Shown here: piece by piece, positions 18,597-26,996 of the stretch
How positions within the stretch are numbered: position 1 is the stretch's first letter
Layout of the letters: each line of letters opens with the position of its first letter
DNA from: Candidatus Krumholzibacteriota bacterium
Lineage (GTDB): Bacteria > Krumholzibacteriota > Krumholzibacteriia > JAJRXK01
Length of the DNA stretch: 64,000 nucleotides
Reading direction: 5' to 3'
NCBI GenBank assembly: GCA_963806035.1
Contig: CAWDWO010000039.1
Span: 63,781-127,780 of the forward strand
Notes under the pieces: model-generated
What the model was told of the DNA's origin: nothing
The model's input: only the letters and a program-made list of their open reading frames with translations
Database searches by the model: none
Position numbers and translations under genes: made by a program

Positions 18597-20393
18597 ATGA
18601 AATCCGAAGAATCCCGGTCCGCCGAGTCGTCTCGTCCCACGCTCGAAGCGGCAGAACTCCTGCAGCGCATCCCGCGCCTCTTGCGTTTTCGTTTGGCCGG
18701 TCGCGCCGACCGACTGCTTCTGCGCCTGGCCGAGAAAGTGGGCTTTGCCGGGGGCGCAAGTCTATATATCGAACTCGAGAGCGGCCCAAACTCCCCTCTG
18801 ATCGTGGCTGAACGCGGAATTGCGGCTGAGCGCTGGACGCGCCAGCTGCAGGCGGAGCGTATCGGGCTGCTTTCGGTCGCACGAATCCCGGTTGCGCGCC
18901 GCCTTTCGGCGAATTTCGAACCGGTGGCCGCGCGGCTCCTGCAGGGGCTCAATGCGCAGCGGCTCACCGTCATTCCGCTGGGATGTCAGGGAAGAGCCTG
19001 GCGGCTGCTCCTGCTCGCTGAGGGACCGCGCTTCAATCTGGAAACTCTGGCCGGAATGCGCGACTTGGCGCGCACCGTACTCGACGCCGCCCGGCGCCAG
19101 GAAGAGAGCGGGCCCGCTCGTGTCGAGCGTAGCACGCATTCCCGACCCGGCAGCCGTTCGCGCACGCGCGTAGTGCGCGGGGCGGATGTGTTCCGCTTGG
19201 GCGAGGGCCAACTCTCTCGCGCTCGACGTCTGGTGGACCATCACAACGATGCGGTGGGAAACCTCAGCCATGACTTGAAGAACCCGCTCGCCGCCATCTC
19301 GACTTCGCTCCAGGTTCTTGCGAGTGGCCGCGCCGGAGTGCTGGAACCCCATCAGCTTCGCCTGCTGGGACTGGCCCGCAGAAATACCGAACGACTGGAG
19401 AGAATGGTCGATAGTTTCGCCAAGGAGGCGCAGCGGCAGGAGGGGGAGACGGTTCTGGATTGGCGCGAGCTCGATGCGAGCGAGCTCGTGAACCAGGCGA
19501 TGGCTTCATCGGGCGCGATGGCGCTGACACAGGACCGTCAACTCGCCTGGGTCGTCGATCACGGCAGCACGGTTTACGGCGACCCCGATCGCATCCTGCG
19601 CATCCTGGATAACTTGGTGGGAAATGCGCTGAAATTTTCGGGACACGAAGGAAGCGTGCTGGTCAGCGCACGCAAGGACATGGTGCGCAAAGAGGACGAA
19701 CTCGCTCGCGCCGCTGCCAGTCTGGGACACGCGCTTCGGGGTCTGTCGATCGCGGTGGAGGACGACGGACCGGGGATGAGCGAAGAGGTCTGCGCGCGCG
19801 CATTCGAGCGTTTCTGGCAGGAGGATGAGGAACGCGGCCGGGGCCGTGGTTCCGGTCTCGGTCTTTCGATCGTTCAATCTCTGGTCCTCGCGCTGCACGG
19901 AACGGTCAGCTTGACCAGCGAGCCACAGAAGGGTACCTGCGCGCGAGTTTGGCTCCCCCGCGACGAAGCTTGCGGTAGGCTCTGCGCGCAGCTGCAATCG
20001 CTCATGCGGGAACTGGATCGTCTGCGAGTCAGATGCCAGTCCGCGCGCCTTCTGCTTCTGGAGCTCTCACAATCCACCGACGAGCTCATGGCGGGCTTCG
20101 AAAATCTCCATCAGCAGCTGGTGGAGGAGGGCAGGAATCGCTGGACGGCGTACCGAGTTCACAGCTCCGCCCTCGTGCTCCTCTTGGATGAGGATGAACC
20201 CTATCCCACGTCTCTCTCAGTCATGACGGCGGAGAGCAAACCGGGGATGTCGGCTGTCCTGCGTCAGGGAACCGCCTGCTTCCCCCGTGATGGAGAGAGT
20301 TTGGATGTTCTGCTCGAACAAGCCCGGAACACGATGAGCGACCAGTGGTTGGTTGCGGCAGTCGGGGCCGGGCAACGGGAGAAGGCACGATGA
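18597..20393 (+). CDS. cytoplasmic sensor histidine kinase (GAF-like N-terminus, HisKA, HATPase_c, extra C-terminal domain)
   Basis: H-box SHDLKNPLAAI, N-box DNLVGNALKFS, G1 DDGPGM, G2 GSGLGLSIV. No clear TM segment. ATG 18597 has a GGAGGGGAG SD. ATG 18444 is an alternative start. Confidence 0.8.
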   Translation: MKSEESRSAESSRPTLEAAELLQRIPRLLRFRLAGRADRLLLRLAEKVGFAGGASLYIELESGPNSPLIVAERGIAAERWTRQLQAERIGLLSVARIPVARRLSANFEPVAARLLQGLNAQRLTVIPLGCQGRAWRLLLLAEGPRFNLETLAGMRDLARTVLDAARRQEESGPARVERSTHSRPGSRSRTRVVRGADVFRLGEGQLSRARRLVDHHNDAVGNLSHDLKNPLAAISTSLQVLASGRAGVLEPHQLRLLGLARRNTERLERMVDSFAKEAQRQEGETVLDWRELDASELVNQAMASSGAMALTQDRQLAWVVDHGSTVYGDPDRILRILDNLVGNALKFSGHEGSVLVSARKDMVRKEDELARAAASLGHALRGLSIAVEDDGPGMSEEVCARAFERFWQEDEERGRGRGSGLGLSIVQSLVLALHGTVSLTSEPQKGTCARVWLPRDEACGRLCAQLQSLMRELDRLRVRCQSARLLLLELSQSTDELMAGFENLHQQLVEEGRNRWTAYRVHSSALVLLLDEDEPYPTSLSVMTAESKPGMSAVLRQGTACFPRDGESLDVLLEQARNTMSDQWLVAAVGAGQREKAR

Positions 20394-20791
20394 GCGAAGC
20401 TCGTATACTACTTGTCGACGATGAACGAGATATCGCCGAAGCCCTCAGCTTTGCGCTGACGAGCGATGGATACGAAGTGGAAATTGCCACTGACGGCGAG
20501 GTGGGCTATCGGTCCGCGCTTCAAAATCCGCCCGATCTTCTCATATTGGACGTGATGCTGCCCGGAATCAACGGCTACGAGATCAGCCGCCAACTGAAGG
20601 ACTGGATGAAAGGGGCGCCAGCCGGCAAGAGCTTCCCAATTCTGCTCATCACCGCGCGGCGGATCCACACCCCGCAGCGTGAGGAATTCCTTTCGGTGTG
20701 GTCGAGGGCCGATGCGGTTCTGTACAAGCCTTTCGAACTGAGCGATCTCGCGAAGTGCGTGGAGGAGCTCCTGGTGGCTGCCATGACTTGA
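20390..20791 (+). CDS. single-domain (CheY-like) response regulator
   Basis: RILLVDDERD and DLLILDVMLPGINGYE motifs, 133 aa, no output domain. Its ATG overlaps the kinase stop (ATGA). Confidence 0.85.
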   Translation: MSEARILLVDDERDIAEALSFALTSDGYEVEIATDGEVGYRSALQNPPDLLILDVMLPGINGYEISRQLKDWMKGAPAGKSFPILLITARRIHTPQREEFLSVWSRADAVLYKPFELSDLAKCVEELLVAAMT

Positions 20792-20805
20792 GCTTGCGGC
20801 CGGCC

Positions 20806-20834
20806 TTGACACCCTCGGTGGCTTCTACGATATT
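20806..20834 (+). promoter_or_regulatory. sigma-70-type promoter TTGACA-N17-GATATT upstream of tRNA-Phe
   Basis: TTGACA at 20806-20811 and GATATT at 20829-20834, about 60 nt before the tRNA. Confidence 0.5.
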
Positions 20835-20897
20835 CTCCCTCCGCTCGATTTCGAGTCTATCGGCGCCTGATGGCGCCCGCGCCGAATCTCGCGCGGT

Positions 20898-20973
<76 letters not shown>

Positions 20974-21110
20974 TTCTCACCCCCGGCACGAAAACCCACG
21001 ACGCTCAGTCCATCCGCCTCATTCGAGCCCTGGGCCAGTCTGCGGCTTGCAAGAATCTTCATTCTGCGTCAAGCTCCTTCGCGCGCTGAATTCCCCAGCC
21101 CCTCCCATGG

Positions 21111-22121
21111 ATGTGGACCACGATGCGGCTGAGAAGGCTCATCCTGAAGTCGATAGAGTTCTTTGGTCTGCACCCGTATCTGCGGCGGCGACGGCATGGC
21201 GCCCTCGTCCTGGCCTACCATGGCGTGGAGGAGCAGATTCTCGATCCGCGCATACAGACCGTTCACGTTTCACTGCTTCGCTTCGAGCAGCAGATGAAAT
21301 ACCTGAAAGAGAACTTCGAGGTCATCAGTGTCGATGAGCTCGAGCAGCGACTCGCGGCCGGAAGCGGACTGGACGGCAATCAGGCCGTCATCACTCTGGA
21401 TGACGGCTACCGCAACAACCTGCAGATCGCTGCGCCCTTGCTCGACTCCATGGATCTTCCCTTCTCGGTATTCGTCTGCTCGCAAAACGTCAGCGATGGA
21501 CACCGGCTGCCAACCTATCTCGCGCGCAGTGCTCTCTATCTCACCGAGAGACCCTCTTGCCGCATACAGGCCCTCAACCAAGAGCTCCCCCTGCACAGTC
21601 TGGAAGAGAAGGACTTCAGCGCGCGCTATCTGGTCGCCACTCTCAAATCTTCGGCTCAGCCGGTCGTGGAGAGCATGCTCTCTGACTTGGAAACTCTGCT
21701 GCCCCCCGAACGTAGAGAGGAAATCGACGAGCGCTTTGCTTCTGATGCGTTGATGAGCTGGGATGAAGTAAGAACGCTGCACCAGAATGGCGTGATCATC
21801 GCCTCGCACGGCAAGCAGCACTGCATCCTGCACGATGAGCAGGAGCTCGACTTGGTAAAGACCGAAGTGCGGGAAAGCAAGGAGACGCTGGAGCGGGAAC
21901 TGGGTTCGTGCAAGTACTTCGCGTACCCCAATGGTGGCCCCGCGGACATCTCGAAGGCCTCCGTTTTGGAAGTGGAGAGGGCCGGCTATGCCATGGGCTT
22001 CACCTGTATTTTCGGAGAGACGAGGCTGGACAGTCCGCGGGCGTTCTTGCCGCGCATGGACGCCGACGTCGGATTCGACACCTTCAAGTTCTTTTTGAAC
22101 AGTGCTTACCGTCCCCGATGA
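21111..22121 (+). CDS. polysaccharide deacetylase (NodB-homology, CE4-like)
   Basis: LAYHGV, ITLDDGYRNN (TFDDG-type motif), SHGKQH, and FAYPNG motifs. About 60-aa insertion between motifs. ATG 21111 or 21123. Confidence 0.75.
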   Translation: MWTTMRLRRLILKSIEFFGLHPYLRRRRHGALVLAYHGVEEQILDPRIQTVHVSLLRFEQQMKYLKENFEVISVDELEQRLAAGSGLDGNQAVITLDDGYRNNLQIAAPLLDSMDLPFSVFVCSQNVSDGHRLPTYLARSALYLTERPSCRIQALNQELPLHSLEEKDFSARYLVATLKSSAQPVVESMLSDLETLLPPERREEIDERFASDALMSWDEVRTLHQNGVIIASHGKQHCILHDEQELDLVKTEVRESKETLERELGSCKYFAYPNGGPADISKASVLEVERAGYAMGFTCIFGETRLDSPRAFLPRMDADVGFDTFKFFLNSAYRPR

Positions 22122-23298
22122 ATCCCCCGAAGGAGCGCTCCCGGTCATCGCGCTGGGAGGATATATCACGGTATTGGGAGCAATTCGCTGCCTGGGTAGC
22201 GAGGGAATCCGGGCCTATTGCGTCACTCCGGTCGAGCCCTTCATCGCCCACTCGCGTTACTACCACGAAATTCCCGGGCCCGAAGGCCGCTTGCTCCATC
22301 CGGCCGAACTGCCCGCTTTCCTAGAGAGACTCCCGCTGCCGCGTGCTGTTCTCTTGCCCTGTGCGGATGACTGGGTGCTGGCAGTGGCCCAGTTGCCTTC
22401 GGAACTGAGCCATCGCTTTCCCTCGAGCGCTCCCAGCGTTTCCGTGCTGGAGCAGTTCCTGGACAAGGCCAAGCTGGAGCAGTTGCTGGACCGCTTCGAA
22501 GTGCAACGTCCTCAAACGCGGGCCCTGCCTACTCGGGAATCCCTGCGCGAGGCCGACTGGGACTCGGGTACCTCTTGGTTTCTCAAGCCGGTCGATTCGC
22601 AGAGCTTCCGGCGTCGCTTCGGGGTGAAGGCATTCCGGGTCGCATCCCTGGAGGACGCCGAGGCGCGCTGGGACGAGATTCACACGGAAGGCCTCGAAAT
22701 GGTCCTGCAGGAGTACGTGGCGGGACCCGCGAGCAATCACTTCTTCGTCGATGGATTCGTGGATCAGAATGGCGAAATCAGGGCCCTGTTCGCCCGTCGC
22801 AGGCTGCGCATTCATCCGCCTGATTTTGGCGACAGCTCCGCCCTGGTGAGCGTTCCCCTCGAGGAGGTCGCACCCGCCGTGAGCGCCTGCCGGCGCCTTC
22901 TTGACGGCGTGGGCTTTCGCGGCATCTTCTCGGTCGAGTTCAAGCGCGATGCGAAGGATGGCGCATTCAAGCTCATCGAAGTCAATACCAGGGCTTGGGC
23001 GAACGTGGGTTTTGCGCAAAGTTGCGGTGTCAACACGCCGCTCATGGCCTATCGCGACGCCCTCGGGTTGCCAGTCGAGAGCGTGCAGGAGTACGCGATC
23101 GGGCGCCGCTTCTGCTTCTTTCCCGCCGACTTCTCCGCCTGTCTGAGACTGCGGCGCTCGGGAGAACTCAGCCTGACACGGTGGATCCGTTCCTGGATCA
23201 ACGCGGAAGCATCGGTCTTCAGGTGGAGCGATCCTCTACCCGGAGTCAGACAGGGCTTGCAACTTGGGGCGAGTGCGCTCAAGAAGCTCTTCGTCTGA
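22102..23298 (+). CDS. ATP-grasp domain protein (predicted carboxylate-amine ligase)
   Basis: N-terminal pre-ATP-grasp IALGGYITVLGAIRCLG. Then WFLKPVDS, LQEYVAG, and GIFSVEFKRDAKDGAFKLIEVNTRAW. The GTG start overlaps the deacetylase gene by 20 nt. Confidence 0.7.
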   Translation: MLTVPDESPEGALPVIALGGYITVLGAIRCLGSEGIRAYCVTPVEPFIAHSRYYHEIPGPEGRLLHPAELPAFLERLPLPRAVLLPCADDWVLAVAQLPSELSHRFPSSAPSVSVLEQFLDKAKLEQLLDRFEVQRPQTRALPTRESLREADWDSGTSWFLKPVDSQSFRRRFGVKAFRVASLEDAEARWDEIHTEGLEMVLQEYVAGPASNHFFVDGFVDQNGEIRALFARRRLRIHPPDFGDSSALVSVPLEEVAPAVSACRRLLDGVGFRGIFSVEFKRDAKDGAFKLIEVNTRAWANVGFAQSCGVNTPLMAYRDALGLPVESVQEYAIGRRFCFFPADFSACLRLRRSGELSLTRWIRSWINAEASVFRWSDPLPGVRQGLQLGASALKKLFV

Positions 23299-23505
23299 GC
23301 AAATCCTCCCAGATTCTGACCGCCGGGCTGCTTGCAGATCCCACCGATCCCAGCCACTTGGCTCGCAGCATGCACGCAAGATTGAAGCGGATGCTTCAAG
23401 TGGCGAGTCATCATGAGCAATCATGAGACCCTCTGAGATCGAATCGTACTCCATTTGCGGGGCTTGATTCCCCGTCCTTCCCGACTCCGGCGCGCTCACG
23501 CGGGC

Positions 23506-23521
23506 AGGCACGGCTTGTGCA
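23506..23521 (+). promoter_or_regulatory. sigma-54 (-24/-12) promoter-like element aGGCAC-N5-gTGCA
   Basis: GGCAC at 23507-23511 and TGCA at 18-21 of the same decade (23518-23521). GG-to-GC spacing is identical to the TGGCAC-N5-TTGCA consensus. Lies about 60 nt upstream of the PilV-like GTG. Confidence 0.45.
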
Positions 23522-23581
23522 CCGCCCTCCGTGTTCTCTCTACTCAGGGCCCGAATCAGCGGGAAACGAAGAGGTCGAACC

Positions 23582-24001
23582 GTGGAACACCAGACTGGTC
23601 CAAGAAGAATCGCCCACCGGAAACGTTGGAGCAATCAAAGTGGCTTCACGGTCGTGGAGTTGATGGCGGCGCTGCTGCTTTTCAGCATCGGGCTCGTCGC
23701 TTTGGCTCGAGTGCTTCCCCAAGGAATGGAAGTTCGAGACCGGGGCCGGCGAATGACGGTAGCCATGCAGCTGGCGAGGGAGCAAATCGAGACTCTTCGG
23801 AGCCTCCCTTTCACCGATCCCGATCTCGCCAACGGCCAGCACGTGGACAACGAAGTATTGAGGAACGGATCGTACCGCCGGCGATGGACGGTACAGGATG
23901 ACACGCCCCTTCCGAACATGATGCGCATCGAAGTTCGAGTCGCATTCACTACGTCCGAGGCAGATAGCGAAGCAGTGATCGTCACACAGCGAACCCGATA
24001 G
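23582..24001 (+). CDS. PilV/GspI-like minor pseudopilin (prepilin-type N-terminal cleavage/methylation domain)
   Basis: Leader ...KRWSNQSG|FTVVELMAALLLFSIGLVAL, with G-1, F+1, E+5. About 140 aa. The GTG 23582 start (GAAGAGG SD) is preferred because ATG 23531 would lie at the predicted sigma-54 transcription start. Confidence 0.75.
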   Translation: MEHQTGPRRIAHRKRWSNQSGFTVVELMAALLLFSIGLVALARVLPQGMEVRDRGRRMTVAMQLAREQIETLRSLPFTDPDLANGQHVDNEVLRNGSYRRRWTVQDDTPLPNMMRIEVRVAFTTSEADSEAVIVTQRTR

Positions 24002-26986
24002 GTGGTGGCACCGATGAAGCACAGCGGTGGTACGCAACGCGAAGCACGCTCTTGGTTCGAGCGGAACTTCGCCAAATCGTCCCAAGATGGATTCACGCTC
24101 ATAGAATTGGCTGTCACCATGGTGGCATTCGCCGTGATCATGATCGTGGCGTTTGGCGTCATGGGGAAGCTCAACCAGGCCGGTATGGGCAACGAGGTCT
24201 TTGCCCGCACCCAGGCGGCAGCTCGCGCGGCGAGTGACGAGGTCGAGAAAGACCTGCGCGCGGCCGGCGTGGACGTCGATTTCAGTCGCGGTCAAGAGCG
24301 ATTCGTCTATGCCGACGCCTATCAAATCGCATTCAACGCCGATCTGAGCCCCACAGTGGATCCCAACGGTACGGCGGCGCCGGCGGCGCTTCACGTGGGA
24401 AACATTCCCGCGCAGCTCACGCCTCTGTTCACGCCGACCACGACCTACAATACGGGCGCGGAGACCATCGTCTACACCCTCGATTCGACCGCTGACGGCG
24501 TGATCGACGGGGCGGACGAAGTTGACGATGGCGAGGAGAATACCCCGAACCCGCACGACATGATGCTCTATCGACGGGTCTTCGGCTGGGACGGCAATGC
24601 CAACACCATGCAGGAACGCCAAGTCGCGCTCGTGCGTGGACCCGATGCCAACTCCCAAGGCGAGTTCCCCCAGCCCCTGTTCGCCTATTTGATCGATTCG
24701 GACGACGATCGCAGCACGCCACCCGTTCTGCACGGTGATGCCGACGGCGATGGCACGCTCAGCAATGCAGAGATTGCCGCGCTCACGCCGCTCACTCAGC
24801 CCGAGCGTGCTCGCCTCGAGCGCATCGTTTTGACGGTGACGGGCGAATCGGAGCGGACCGACGCTCACACCCAGTCCAACGATGGGTACAATAGGGTGGT
24901 CTTGCGCAGTGAAGTGATGGTGCGCCATACACCTCGCACTAGCGGATTGGTGTACGGAACCGTCTTCCAGGATACCGACGGCAACAGAGTCCAGGATGCG
25001 GGAGAGGGTGGAATCGGCGGAGTCACGGTGCGCTCCAGCGTGGGAACCATCGCACGCACCGACCTCAGCGGGGCCTATCGCCTCGTTCTCACCCCGGGCT
25101 TCCAGACGATCACCGAGGTCGATCCCGCGGGATATATCTCAAGCACTCCGAACACCATCAACATCGACGTCATTCCTGGTTCCTATTCACGCCTGGACTT
25201 CGGCGACCGTTCACCGAGCGGCTCGGCTTCGGTCAAGGGGATCGTGTTCGATGACGTGAATCAGAACTCGGTGATGGACGGAGACGAACTGGGTATTCCC
25301 GGCGTGACCGTGTATTCCGATGGCGGCGAAACGACGGTAACCGATGCCAACGGTTCCTACACCCTGACCGTGCCGGTGGGAAACCGGACGATCACGGAGA
25401 CCGACCTTCAAGGATACACTTCGACGACCACGAACACGGTCGATATCGTGCTGAGCACCGACGGACAGGTCGAGGTTTTGAACTTCGGAGACTATCTCCT
25501 GAAGGACTCGGGCACGATCGAAGGCTACGTCTACAACGACGAGAACAACAACCAGGTTCGCGATGGCTTCGAGACCGGTGTCAGCGGCGCCATGATCTAC
25601 GCGGCGGGGGACAGCGTTCAGAGCGACGTCAGCGGGTATTTCTCGCTCACCGTTCCCTCGGGCACCTACGACGTCACGGAGGTTGATCCACCCGGATACA
25701 CTTCGACGACCGCGAACACGCTGCGGGGAGTACAGGTAGATCCCAACGTCACCATTCAGATCTACTTCGGAGACATGGTCCAGGAGGACGTCAACTTCGA
25801 CATCATCACCCTGGCCGATACCGAACGCGCGCTGTCCCTCACCAGCGGTGACGTGGGAGAGGACAACAAGGGCGACGACGATCTCGTGTTGGGCACGCGC
25901 TCGAGCAGTGGTACCAACAACTTGATTTTGTGGGACAACGATCGACGCAATGGCAATACGCCGAACGGGGCCATCTTCAGTTCGGTGCCCACCGCGACGC
26001 GCAATGCGGGCTCGGACGTGATGGCAATGAGGATGATCCAGGATACGGGGAACCCCTATCTCATCCTGGGTCTCAACGGCGCCGGTTCGCCCGATATCAG
26101 CGTTTGGAGCTTCAAAAACGGCATGCCGGGGAACTCGCCCGATCAATGGTACGCGACCAACGGCGGGGAGTCGGTCCTCGACCTCCAGACCATCAACTAC
26201 TACGGTGGCAGCTCTCTCGACCTGGTGGTCGGGGTGAAGAACGCCACCATGTCGGGATCCGTGGAACTGTGGACGGGTTTGGGCGGCGGTCAGTTCTCAC
26301 GCATTCCCAACGGGATCATCACCGTGGGCGCCTCTCCGCTGGGCCTGGTGCTGGGTGAAGCGCAGGCGGCCGTGCTGCAGGACATCAACAACGATGGTCG
26401 GGCTGACCTCATCGTGGGCGCGCGTCAGACCACGACCACCAGCTCCGTAAACGTCTACCTGCGCTTTCCCGACAACAACAGCGGGATCTACTTCGAACCC
26501 TATCAGGCCTTCCCGGTCAAGGGGCTCATAACCGACATCATCGTCAAGGACATGATCGACGACGATCAGGGCCGTCCCGACATCGTCGTGGCGACCGCGA
26601 CGACCGAGACGACCGGTGGCGTGTACCTGTGGACGCAACACGAAGACGGATACTTCGGATTGCCCAACGGCACCGGCCGCAGCTTTGACGACTACATGAC
26701 CACCGATGGCGCTCCGATCGTGATGGAGTCGCTCAAGCTGGACAACGACGTGTTCCCCGACCTCTTGATCGGCACGAGAACTTCCAACGTCTATCAGGGC
26801 TACGTGTTGATGGCGCTTGGCTTTGGTTACTTGCCCAGTGCGGCCACGCACCTCACCGAAAATCCGATCGGTGCGGTGGTGACCATGACCACCGCCGATT
26901 TCAACAAAGACAACGCCATGGATTTCGCCGTGGGGACGCAGAATGCGGCCACACAGGGCCAAGTCGTCATCTTCTATCGCCAGTAG
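24002..26986 (+). CDS. giant pseudopilin-adhesin: prepilin N-terminus + PilW/GspJ-like head + 3 SdrD-B/Cna-B-like repeats + FG-GAP/VCBS beta-propeller
   Basis: Leader ...KSSQDG|FTLIELAVTMVAFAVIMIVAF. EF-hand loop DADGDGTLSNAE. Three ~95-aa repeats (G.V[FY].D.[DN].N...D..E.G[IV].G..V... [TS]D..G.Y.L.[VL].G......E.D..GY.S[ST]T.N). Six to seven blades ending D...D[LIF][VLA][VI]G ... [LIV][WY]. Confidence 0.8.
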   Translation: MVAPMKHSGGTQREARSWFERNFAKSSQDGFTLIELAVTMVAFAVIMIVAFGVMGKLNQAGMGNEVFARTQAAARAASDEVEKDLRAAGVDVDFSRGQERFVYADAYQIAFNADLSPTVDPNGTAAPAALHVGNIPAQLTPLFTPTTTYNTGAETIVYTLDSTADGVIDGADEVDDGEENTPNPHDMMLYRRVFGWDGNANTMQERQVALVRGPDANSQGEFPQPLFAYLIDSDDDRSTPPVLHGDADGDGTLSNAEIAALTPLTQPERARLERIVLTVTGESERTDAHTQSNDGYNRVVLRSEVMVRHTPRTSGLVYGTVFQDTDGNRVQDAGEGGIGGVTVRSSVGTIARTDLSGAYRLVLTPGFQTITEVDPAGYISSTPNTINIDVIPGSYSRLDFGDRSPSGSASVKGIVFDDVNQNSVMDGDELGIPGVTVYSDGGETTVTDANGSYTLTVPVGNRTITETDLQGYTSTTTNTVDIVLSTDGQVEVLNFGDYLLKDSGTIEGYVYNDENNNQVRDGFETGVSGAMIYAAGDSVQSDVSGYFSLTVPSGTYDVTEVDPPGYTSTTANTLRGVQVDPNVTIQIYFGDMVQEDVNFDIITLADTERALSLTSGDVGEDNKGDDDLVLGTRSSSGTNNLILWDNDRRNGNTPNGAIFSSVPTATRNAGSDVMAMRMIQDTGNPYLILGLNGAGSPDISVWSFKNGMPGNSPDQWYATNGGESVLDLQTINYYGGSSLDLVVGVKNATMSGSVELWTGLGGGQFSRIPNGIITVGASPLGLVLGEAQAAVLQDINNDGRADLIVGARQTTTTSSVNVYLRFPDNNSGIYFEPYQAFPVKGLITDIIVKDMIDDDQGRPDIVVATATTETTGGVYLWTQHEDGYFGLPNGTGRSFDDYMTTDGAPIVMESLKLDNDVFPDLLIGTRTSNVYQGYVLMALGFGYLPSAATHLTENPIGAVVTMTTADFNKDNAMDFAVGTQNAATQGQVVIFYRQ
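24944..25775 (+). repeat. three tandem ~95-codon SdrD-B/Cna-B-like domain repeats inside the giant pseudopilin gene
   Basis: Units begin GLVYGTVFQDTDGN, ASVKGIVFDDVNQN and GTIEGYVYNDENNN, and each ends ...[LI][DNY]FGD. The repeats are diverged at DNA level. Confidence 0.7.
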
Positions 26987-26996
26987 GGAGAGTCCA

